Shown: positions 33,300-43,822 of the stretch, in pieces
Position numbering within the stretch: the first letter of the stretch is position 1
Layout of the letters: every line of letters starts with the position of its first letter
Origin: Phyllobates terribilis
Taxonomy: Eukaryota
Direction of reading: 5' to 3'
Assembly (NCBI RefSeq): GCF_046119375.1
Contig: NW_027362771.1
Span: 24,862,001-24,926,000 of the forward strand
DNA length: 64,000 nucleotides
Notes under the pieces: generated by a model
Told to the model about the DNA's origin: nothing
What the model saw: the letters and a program-made list of their open reading frames with translations, nothing else
Database searches by the model: none
Made by a program: the position numbers and the translations under genes

Positions 33300-34850
33300 A
33301 GATGCGCAAGACACATAAGTGCCTTCTTGCTGCACTACCTGCAACATGACCCTCAGATTGTCAGAATTCGAAGTAATCCTGACTACTGAGTTGCCACACT
33401 CTTAGATCCCCCACACTCTTCGATCAACCTTTTCTTTTTAATAAAGACCAAAAAAATGGTCATTTTTGAAATTGTAAGCATTAGCAGGTTATTAGAAACT
33501 GAAATCAAACAGTTTTCAACTCAAAACTTTATTCTAGGTGATGTTACATTTGCACATAGGATCCCTTGTTCGAAAGGAGCTTCTGAACTCTCTCGTCCAT
33601 TGAATTTGTCAGGTTTTGGATGGTTTCTGCTTTAATTGTTTTGCATGAGGACAGAATACCCTCCCAGAGCTGTTGCTTAGATGTGAACTGCCTCCCGCCA
33701 TCATAGACACTCCTTTTGATGATACTCCAGAGGTTCTGAATGGGGTAGAGGTCAGGGGAGCATGGGGGTAACACCATAAGTTTGTCCCTTTTATGCCCAT
33801 ATCAGACAGAGATGCAGATGTGTTATGTGCAGCATGAGACGGTGCATTATCATGCATGAAAATGATCTTGCTGTGGAATACACGGTTCTTTTTCTTGAAA
33901 CATGGCAGGAAGTGCTGTTTGAGAAACTCCACATACATTATGGAGTTCATCTTTACCCCTTCAGGGATCCTAAAGGGGCTGACAATCTCTCTCCCCATGA
34001 TTCCAGCCCAAAACATTACTCCACCTACTCCTTGTTGGCGCTGTAGCCGTGTTTGCGTGAGGTGTCCATCAACCAGCCATCCTCCACTCCATCCATCTGG
34101 ACCATCGAGCGCTGCACGGCACTCATCCGTGAACAAAACAGTTTTGAAATTAGTCTTCATGTAATGTTTGGCCCACTGGAGCCGTTTCTGCTTGTGTGCA
34201 GTGGATAGAGGAGGTCGACAGGATGGCGTACGCACAGCTGCAAACCTCTGAAGGACCCTGCATCTTGTTGTTCGGGGGACGTTGGAGGCACCAGCAGCTT
34301 CAAAAACTTGTCTGCTGCTATGACAAGGCGTTTTTGCCGCTGCTCTTTTAACCTGACGTAATTGCCTGTAGGAAAGAGTCCTCAATTTGCCCTTATCAGC
34401 ACGCAGTGTACTGTGAATCAGCTACATACTTCTTGATTGCCAATACACTTCATCCTGATCATCGCACAATGTTGATTGTAGTCATGCCTTGACCTAAACA
34501 CTCCACAATTTGTTGCTTCTCAGCAGCCGACACATCCTTTTTCTTTCCCATTTTGGCAGAAAATGTAGGCTGCTTAATAATGTGGGACAGCCTTCTTAAG
34601 TAGTCTTGCCGTTCATTGGACACACCTGCCAAACTAATTAGCACAGGTGTCTGCAAATGCTTACAGTGATATAAAGCGCCCTGACACACATCACCATCAA
34701 TGAGTTTAACTGACAAACAAACAAATTCTTCCCTTATCACTCCTAAACACTTTTTGCATAATAATTTGGAACACAGTGTACATGTGCTTTTCCACAAAAC
34801 ACCAGTGGTTCACGTAGTGAATCTTACAGTTCTAACTTGCCAACCGTGGT
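33300..34850 (+). pseudogene. Partial duplicate of the hAT transposase 3' coding region (33300-33410 is similar to 32254-32365; 34779-34850 is similar to 32456-32525), split by a Tc1-like insertion
   Basis: Direct similarity, e.g. gatgcgcaagacacat(a/g)agtgccttcttgctgcactacctgcaacatgaccctc. Confidence 0.8.
33421..34778 (-). mobile_element. Tc1-like element of DD37E (TRT) type, missing one TIR
   Basis: TIR CACTGTGTTCCAAATTATTATGCA at 34778 next to TA; motifs FTDECR and FMHDNAPSH. After correcting one frameshift there are 37 residues from the second D to the E position, which now reads Q (PDLYPIQNLW). Confidence 0.8.
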
Positions 34851-34854
34851 CTGT

Positions 34855-36590
34855 ATGGAGTTGTTCAATAAAGGGCCCAAAATTAAGATAACATAGATGG
34901 GAGAGGTCTCTATGAATAGGAATTCCTAAGAATTTGATACCCTGTGAGGGCCAGGCAAAGGGAAAGTTGAATTGGATGGAATACTGTATGGATTTGGGGA
35001 GGGAGACATCGAGGGCCTCAGACTTCGCTGTATTGATTTTAAAATTTGACCATGTAACAAAGTGATCTATTTCAGCCCTAACAGCCTGCTGATGGATATA
35101 TGTGATTGACATCATCAGCAAATGCAGAGCACTTGTACTCGGTGCCTCCCACCTCAATCCACATAATATTGGGGTTATGGCGAATTGATGAGAGCAGGTG
35201 CTCTGTCACTAGGATGTATAAGAGAGGGGACAGAGGACATCCCTGCCTTGTCCCATTGGTGATTATGAAAGGTGATGAAAATGTTCTGACGCGCCCCCTG
35301 GGCCTTGGGACATCCGGAGCCAGACCCTTTTTGGTGGATGCTGGTGGGTGTAGTCTCTGTGGTGGCGACCCGGTTCCGTGGCTCAGGGCGGTCAAACCAG
35401 TGGCGGAACTATTTATGTGGTTTTGATGTTTAAATGTCCGACTACGCCACCCGTGGATTGCGGTCAGAGTGAACCTCCGCTGCAAGGCAGACCGCTGAGG
35501 CTGGTGTTGTGGGTGCAGCAGATCGTAGCATAACTACCCACGGGAGGAGTATAGCCTCAGGGCAGTGTATGCGGAGGATAGGTTTTATGGTGCAGGGCAG
35601 CAGCAGTAACGATACGGAGTCAGTGATGCAGTCCAGGGCCTTTACTCACAGTTCTTATTATCCAGACCACTTCTGCAGGTAACGGCTGCCCACGTCGTAC
35701 TGTGCTCACCAGGTGAGGGGCTCAGACAACTCCCAGATAACTTTGGAGCGCTTCACAGGACCCCCTTTGTGTGTCCTTTGTCTGGCCTTTCTTACCAACC
35801 CTTCTGTCCGGCTGCCTCGGGCCTCCTCTTGGTAAACTTGGCGCCAGTTTCCCTGACCCTATGTGCTGCCCTCCTAGCGGGTGTAGCGAGGGGCTGCGCC
35901 ACATAAAATGTCACAGCCTCCGGTTTCTAGCTGAGGGTCGTTTCCCGCCTCCGCTAGTTTCGGGGACCGGTCTCCCCCTTTGGCCTGACCCCTCCATGCT
36001 GGTGGATTCGGGCGTGCGGTGGCAACTCGCCCATCCAAACCCCTGGGATCCCTTCGTTCCTCGTTCCTGGAGCCTTCTCCGCTCCTCTTCCTTCCTTCTC
36101 CCTCTTCCAGGCCTGGGCCTCTGTTACTAGGCCCGCCTCTGGAGCATAGCTCATGCAGAGCCCCTGCTCCCTGTCACTTCTGCTCAGACTTCTCTGCACT
36201 GAACTAAGATGGTTCCCACCTTTTATACTCCCTTCTCAATGCACCCAGGAACTGCTTCCTCCCTGCTCCTGCACTGCAGGGTTCCCCTTCCTCAGTGTTC
36301 CCTCCCCCCACTCCAGCCAGGGACAGGGACTGTCGTGCCCATCTCAGGGGCATATTGGTCGCCCTGCCCCACGGCAATGTGGTGTAATGCATGCAGGTGT
36401 CGGGGTCCTGATCCACACTCCATCCTTACCTAAGAGTGAGATATCACACCTCTGGGTGAGGTGCAATACCTTTGCAGCAACCGAGCCCTCGGGGTGCTAC
36501 AGTTCCATTTATCTTCAGACTAGGTGACGTAATGCGATACAGGGCCGTGATTTTGGCTACAAAAGGGTCCCCTAGACCCCTACCCCAAGC
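34855..36590 (-). pseudogene. L1-clade LINE reverse transcriptase fragment, interrupted by a solo LTR
   Basis: Removing 35287-36501 gives ...[28 protein letters not shown]...SAFADD, followed by SNFKINTAKSEAL and IKFLGI. Confidence 0.85.
35287..36501. mobile_element. Solo LTR (1215 bp), Gypsy-type
   Basis: TG...CA termini and a perfect 4-bp TSD GTTC. Excision restores the L1 reading frame. Confidence 0.88.
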
Positions 36591-38595
36591 TTTTTAAGAG
36601 AATAATATATGGCGTGCAAGGAGACTCTATGGAATGCTTTCTCAGCATCCAACGAGAGTATCTAATTACAAATTTTTAACTGCATCTAGCCCAGGAAATA
36701 CTTTGTGCCTAGTAGCAGTGTCTGCTAGTCAGCGGATTATCCCGGCTGTTAAGCAAGCTACACCACCTGTAGTTTGGACACTTAATTTTTTCAAAGGAAA
36801 TGCTTCGGGACCACGGGATACTCAGTGAAGAGCATCAGGAGGCACCCCAAGGCATAGGGGCTGGGACTGGCGGTAGGATGCCTTGCGGTGGACAGCCGAG
36901 CTCGATCGTTATAAAAGCTTTTTAACTGCAGCAGCTTTAGTGGACGCTACTGGAGCTGGAATTGCGCGGCTGCTGGCATGAGACTTGCCCTTCAATAGAT
37001 CCTTGTAAAAGGATTTAAAGTGTATTCATTCAAATTGGAGAGACAATTTAAATTAAAAAGCTTAGAGCTGCCTCCACCACAGGGGGGCTCGCTCGATCCA
37101 ACAGCGGACAGGCACCAGTATTGGGAGAGGGGGGCTGGCCGTCAGGGTCCACCGCGGCTCTGGCACAAACGGAGGTGGCACGGGCAGGAACGGACTGGCC
37201 GTGTCGGCTTCTCACTTTTTGGATTTTAGAAGGGCATGACATGCCTATATCTGTGTCTCCCCCTCCTTTTACTCCTCCACCTCTTTTCTTTTCGCATGAC
37301 TATATGTACTTGTCACTTTTCCATGTGTTAGTTATGTCTTCAGAGCAGTTTGTCAGCTTTTGGACACCTTTGAAGGTGTTTTCTATGTGTTTCTATGTGT
37401 TTTTGTTTGCCTGCCATTGGTTTTAATGGTGTTCGAAGGTGTTCGACGAACAGTTCGACGAACAGTTCGGCGAACACAAGGGTGTTCGATGAACCGAACC
37501 GAACTCGAACACTACGGGGGTGGCTCAACACTACTCATCAGACCAAAGCACAGATTTCCACTGGTCTAATGTCCATTCCTCGTGTTCTTTAGCCCAAACA
37601 AGTCTCTTCTGCTTGTTGCCTGTCCTTAGGAGTGGTTTCCTAGCAGCTATTTTACCATGAAGGCCTGCTGCACAAAGTCTCCTCTTAACAGTTGTTGAAG
37701 AGATGTGTCTGCTGCTAGAACTCTGTGTGGCATTGACCTGGTCTCTAATCTGAGCTGTTGTTAACCTGCGATTTCTGAGGCTGGTGACTCGGATAAACTT
37801 ATCCTCAGAAGCAGATGTGACTCTTTGTCTTCCTTTCCTGGGGCGGTCCTCATGTGAGCCAGTTTCTTTATAGCGCTTGATGGTTTTTGCAACTGCACTT
37901 GGGGACACTTTCAAAGTTTTCCCAATTTTTCGGACTGACTGACCTTCATTTCTTAAAGTAATGATAGCCACTCGTTTTTCTTTACTTAGCTGCTTTTTTC
38001 TTGCCATAATACAAATTCTAACAGTCTATTCAGTAGGACTATCAGCTGTGTATCCACCAGACATCTGCACAACACAATTGATGGTCCCAACCCCATTTAT
38101 AAGGCAAGAAATCCCACTTATTAAACCTGACAGGGCACACCTGTGAAGTGAAAACCATTTCCGGTGACTACCTCTTGAAGCTCATCAAGAGAATGCCAAA
38201 AGTGTGCAAAGCAGTCATCAAAGCAAAAGGTGGCTACTTTGAAGAACCTAGAATATAAGACATATTTTCAGTTGTTTCACACTTTTTTGTTAAGTATATA
38301 ATTCCACAGGTGTTAATTCATAGTTTTGACGCCTTCAGTGTGAATGTACAATTTTCATAGTCATGAAAATACAGAAAAATCTTTAAATGAGAAGGTGTGT
38401 CCAAACTTTTTGGTCTGTACTGTATATGCAATATTTTTATATTTATACTTACCTTGAGAGATATTTATTCTTTGACTGTATGTATAGTGTAGGCTTTTTT
38501 ATGTGGTATATGGCTTTTATCAGTGCTGGATTTTCCTACTTGTTTTATTATGTTATATAAATTTGTTCACTTCATAAATCATATTTATGACTATT

Positions 38596-39262
38596 CAGGG
38601 GCGGACACAGACTGTAGTGGGCCCCTGTGCAAGAAATCCCCCCCCCTCCTTTATACTGCCACAGGCCTCCATACAATAAAAAAAAAAATCAAATACTCAC
38701 CTCACATCTCACCTGCTGCCACTGCTCCAGACTCCTTACGCGCCCCAGCGTCTTCCCGCTCTGCGCTGTGACTGCTCAGGAGAGAGCGCGGTGTAAAGAT
38801 GTCACCGTACCCTCTGACCTGAGACGTCACAGTGCTGCAGCCGCAGAGGATGCAGGAGTTGCTGCGGAGGCACGGGGAGGGTTAAGTATTGTGCCGGGTG
38901 CAGGGGTCCTGAGCAAGCGGGGGGGAGGAGGTGCTGACACCGCTCTCCTCCACTCACGGGTCCCATAGCGCGCGGGGTGCCCGACAATGAGGCCCCCCCT
39001 GCCTGCTCAGGGCCCCGGCATTTGCCCGGGTGCACCGGGTGCTGACGCCGGCCCCGCGGGAGGCCCCATGAGGAGACGCACAAGAGAGGGGCCCCAATGG
39101 GGCTCTGAGGGGGCCCCGACCGGCCGGGCCCCATACTGGAGTCAGGACAGTCATGCCCTGATGGCAGCCCTGATGGCAGCCCTGCTGGAGGCTGGAGGGG
39201 CCCCCTCTCCCTCGGGGCCCCCGTTCAATGAACGGGTTGCACGGGCGGTAGGTCCGCCCCTG
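38596..39262. mobile_element. GC-rich hAT MITE
   Basis: TIR CAGGGGCGGAC / GTCCGCCCCTG and a perfect 8-bp TSD TGACTATT. Confidence 0.92.
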
Positions 39263-39917
39263 TGACTATTGCACTTAGCATTTTAATTCACTGTAATTCT
39301 TATGATGTCGAAAATGTGTTTTTTCTATTATTATCATGTTAATGCACACTTGCTAGTCTGTGTCTAACATTATGCACAATTAAGTGTAATACACATCATA
39401 TACTCTCAGTCACTATATTTATATTTGGTAGAACTGAGCAACAGTTTTTCACATCTCAATCTGTGGTCACCTTTAATATATATCTTTATTGTAGTGTCTC
39501 ACTATTAGTTTTCACTCACACACTATTTGGACACATAATTATACTGTCACACATTCTCAGCAGCCTTTATTCCCATATGACCTCTTCCGCACATGACACT
39601 ATATACCTCATTCTTTTTCCTAGCGCACCGCATATGTTCTCATCTGTCAGTGCGCATGTGCCTTACATCTGCACTCCTGACTTCGGGGAATCCAACCATA
39701 GTGGGAGCGCACGTGCGGCGCGTCTCCTGTTACCTTGGGGATGCTGCTGGCATGCATTTCATGGGCCGGAAACCGTAAGTCACGTTATCAGGAGGTGTAG
39801 GAGGGGTGGTCATGCACCGATATTGTCAGATGTCATCCGGGTCATATGATACCATCCTGTTCCCCACATTGGTCGATGCTACACATAAAACTAGCACACT
39901 TCCCGGTTAACACCACG

Positions 39918-39955
39918 CCCCCTGAGGAAGTCAGACGATGAAACGTACGTTGGGG
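39918..39955 (+). ncRNA. Minimal type I hammerhead ribozyme (best-preserved pLTR copy)
   Basis: CCCC-CUGAGGA-A-GUC(AGAC)GAU-GAAAC-GUAC-GUU-GGGG: 4-bp stem I, 3-bp stem II, palindromic stem III ACGUACGU. It lies about 500 nt upstream of the ORF ATG. Confidence 0.78.
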
Positions 39956-40453
39956 AAGAAGGACCTTGCATTACACCGGTACCACTATTAAGGCTTTGCT
40001 ACGGTATGTCATCACTATATATCACCCGTTTACCACTTTAACACTTGCTTAATGACTAATGTATGGGAGAGTATTTATATTCCAGCATACCTAAGAGTAG
40101 AAGCACACTTTATGTGAAGATGTGTGTCCCAACTTGCAATAGTCTGCATTCTGATTGAAATACCGTACACCTCAGGTCAGATGTATTCCAATGTCCCTCA
40201 CAGTGTGGAGGTGCTTTTTTTATCATTTTTTATGTTTGTATGTGTACACAACATTAATAAAGTTTTGTTATTCTTAAGTTTACTGAATCAGTTTGGCTCT
40301 AATCATATTTTAGATTTTATGTGGACCGAACTATATGATACCAATGTCTATATTTTGTCAGCAACTCTATTGGAGTTTGTAGGACGATTATGGTTGTTTG
40401 ATTTTAATTGTATCTTTTCTCTGTTTAAACAGATAGTTCCAAGTGTAGTGCCT

Positions 40454-41181
40454 ATGGATTTCAAAGCCAGAGAACTCTCATGGCTCACTAAGACCTCCGA
40501 TTTGTTTAAGTCAAGTACCTCCACTGTTTTGAACGAAACCACATCTAGTCATAAAGAAACCATACGTAAATATGGAAATGCATTGCATAGAAAGACCAGA
40601 AAGACAAGAGCCACATCAGAGAACTATCTCAAATGCAAAATTATCCCTAGGGGTCTTAGGGTTCAACTTTTCCCTACATTTGATTTGGACAATGAGGATC
40701 TGGGAAGAGATGGATAGAAGCAGCCGCACGCTGTTCCGTCTCATTCATGGAGATCATCATTGAAAAAAATACACTGTCATTGAAGTCTGTTGATGATGAA
40801 ATTGAACAATTTCAACAAATTATGAAACAAGAATTATCAACAGAAGCCCTTGAGAAACACTCTAACGAGTTTGATAAGGATTTAGAAAAATGGGAACAGG
40901 AAATCAGTGCAGGGAAAATGAAAAAATTCTCCAGGGATGTAACGGACTATGAGAATCAGAAGATCTTTCGGTGGCAATATCGTGATTCCACCAATAAACG
41001 AAAAAAATCATTATTACGGAGTAATTCTATGATCTCGTTGCCATCTACGTCAGATATCTCTAATAAGGAATCTAACAGCATAGCTAATGACGGTCCCCGT
41101 ACAAGATATGCGGGAAAACATGGATATCAAGTTTCACCTGTAAGATCACACAGAAACAGGGAACAGAGAAGGGATCGTAAT
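40454..41181 (+). pseudogene. PLE polyprotein N-terminal extension (helical, charged), with frameshifts; continues after 61738
   Basis: MDFKARELSW...KIIPRGLRVQLFPTF...EKWEQEIS...RNREQRRDRN, which joins KVINLSTHV. Confidence 0.85.
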
Positions 41182-42192
41182 TGTTAGAGCCCTCCTGTTT
41201 GTTTTTTCCATCTTGTGTTTTGCGGTCACGTGACTATCTGCCTTTATATTCCAGCTCCGCCCTTTTTGCTGTGCTGGACTTCAGTTTTGTTTGACTGTTT
41301 CTCTAGCCAGGTGCTTTGGTGCCTATCTCTGTCAGTTCGCTTGGTCCTTCTGGGACCTCTAGTACCTTTTTGTCAGTTTGTCTTTTTGTGTTCTGCAACA
41401 ACTTCTCTGTTTAGGAGGTGTCCCATTTTTGTTCCAGTCCTTAGTTCTTTTAGGGACCCCTCCCCTAATGCTATAGGTCTTCGTTCAGACTAGCCGAGGA
41501 CTAAGGAGGGTCTGTTCGCTATGAACAGGCAGCCCGCTACATCGTAGGGATTCAGCTTAGTCTTACTGTAGGGACAGCTTTCCCCTTTCTTTCCTTAGTA
41601 CATGTTGCTGATCATAACAGTTTTTCCAGCCCAAAAAACTAAAAGGAAAGAAATTTGGGGATCAGTATGGTTTCCGTCCAGGATTTAGCTCAACACTTGC
41701 AGGGATTGTCTCTGGCGGTGGCTGAGCTCCAGTTACACGTGAGATGCTGTTCTGGAGCGCATTTTGTGGTACCCAAGGTAGGACTGCCTGATGTTTTTTA
41801 TGGTAAACAGCAAGATTTTTTTTCCGTTAATAATACTTGTTTGTTATATTTTTGTTTGAGACCAAGGTCCTCTGGGAATGAATCACAGGGCATTGATTTT
41901 ATTATGTCACTTTTGCGCAATGAACCACAGGGGTGGGCCTTTTCTCTCCAACCTAATGATTCATGCTTAGGCTATGTGCCCACGATGCAGAAATGCTCCG
42001 GATTTTTCCTGAGCGTTTCTGCATCTCCCTGGCAGAAAAAAACGCATGCGGATTGTACATGCGTTTTTCCTGCCAGGGACATGCGGATGTGAAGCGTTCT
42101 TCACATGCATTTCCGCATGCGGGTTGACAAGCACTTTCCAAGCGATTTTAGCATCACTTGGAAAGTGCTTGTCAACTTGGTCACACTATATA

Positions 42193-43822
42193 CAGTACAG
42201 ACCAAAACTTTGGACACACCTTCTCATTTAAAGATTTTTCTGTATTTTCATGACTATGAAAATTGTACATTCACACTGAAGGCATCAAATCTATGAATTT
42301 ACACATGTGGAGTTATATACTTAACAAAAAAGTGTGAAACAACTGAAAATATGTCTTATATTCTAGGTTCTTCAAAGTAGCCACATTTTGCTTTGATGAC
42401 TGCTTTGCACACTCTTGGCATTCTCTTGATGAGCTTCAAGAGGTAGTCACCGGAAATGGTTTTCACTTCACAGGTGTGCCCTGTCAGGTTTAATAAGTGG
42501 GATTTCTTGCCTTATAAATGGGGTTGGGACCATCAGTTGTGTTTTGCAGAATTCAGGTGGATACACAGCTGATAGTCCTAATGAATAGACTGTTAGAATT
42601 TGTATTATGGCAAGAAAAAAGCAGCTAAGTAAAGAAAAATGAGTGGCCATCATTACTTTAAGAAATGAAGGTCAGTCAGTCCGAAAAATTGAGCAAACTT
42701 TGAAAGTGTCCCCAAGTGCAGTTGCAAAAACCATCAAGCGCTACAAAGAAACTGGCTCACATGAGGACCGCCCCAGGAAAGGAAGACCAAGAGTTACCTC
42801 TGCTTCTGAGGATAAGTTTATCCGAGTCACCAGCCTCACAAATCGCAGGTTAACAGCAGCTCACATTAGAGACCAGGTCAATGCCGCACAGAGTTCTAGC
42901 AGCAGACACATCTCTACAACAACTATTAAGAGGAGACTTTGTGCAGCAGGCCTTCATTGTAAAATAGCTGCTAGGAAACCACTGCTAACGACAGGCAACA
43001 AGCAGAAGAGACTTGTTTGGGCTAAAGAACACAAGGAATGGACATTAGACCAGTGGAAATCTGTGCTTTGGTGTGATGAGTCCAAATTTAAGATCTTTGG
43101 TTCCAACCACTGTGTCTTTGTGCGACACAGAAAAGGTGAACGGATGGACTCTACATGCCTGGTTCCCACCGTGAAGCATGGAGGAGGAGGTGTGATGGTG
43201 TGGGGGTGCTTAGCTTATGACACTGTTGGGGATTTATTAAAAATTGAAGGCATACTGAACCAGCATGGCTACCATAGCATCTTGCAGCGACATGCTATTC
43301 CATCCGGTTTGCGTTTAGTTGGACCATCATTTATTTTTCAACAGGACAATGACCCCAAACACACCTCCAGGTTGTGTAAGGGCTATTTTACCAAGAGAGA
43401 GAGTGATGGGGTGCTACGCCAGATGACCTGGCCTCCACAGTCACCAGACCTGAACCCAATCGAGATGGTTTGGGGTGAGCTGGACCGCAGAGTGAAGGCA
43501 AAAGGGCCAACAAGTGCTAAGCATCCCTGGGAACTACTTCAAGATTGTTGGAAGACCATTTTCGGTGACTACCTCTTGAAGCTCATCAAGAGAATGCCAA
43601 GAGTGTGCAAAGCAGTCATCAAAGCAAAAGGTGGCTACTTTGAAGAACCTAGAATATAAAACATATTTTCAGTTGTTTCACACTTTTTTGTTAAGTATAT
43701 AAATCCACATGTGTAAATTCATAGTTTTGATGCCTTCAGTGTGAATGTACAATTTTCATAGTCATGAAAATACAGAAAAATCTTTAAATGAGAAGATGTG
43801 TCCAAACTTTTGTTCGGTACTG
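42193..43822 (+). mobile_element. Tc1 family B, full length (1630 bp, ~220-bp TIRs)
   Basis: CAGTAC... TIRs and TA flanks. The empty site is visible in the sister MITE at about 19279. Confidence 0.95.
42607..43659 (+). pseudogene. Tc1 DD34E transposase with a single premature stop at codon 12
   Basis: MARKKQLSKEK-TGA (CGA, Arg, in the 37531-38007 copy), then 338 open codons with WCDESKF, FQQDNDPKH and SPDLNPIEMVW. Confidence 0.9.

Larger units (their letters stand above)
27933..37533 (+). mobile_element. Autonomous-type hAT transposon (9.6 kb) carrying nested passengers
   Basis: Termini TAGAGATGAGC... and ...GCTCAACACTA; perfect 8-bp TSD CTCATCAG (27925-27932 and 37534-37541); many GTTCG/CGAAC subterminal motifs. 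Confidence 0.95.
27126..38422 (-). mobile_element. Tc1 family B, split by the 9.6-kb hAT
   Basis: TIR CAGTACAGACCAAAA at both ends; transposase N-terminal half at 37531-38007 (MARKKQLSKEKRVA...) and C-terminal half at ~27290-27929. Confidence 0.93.
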
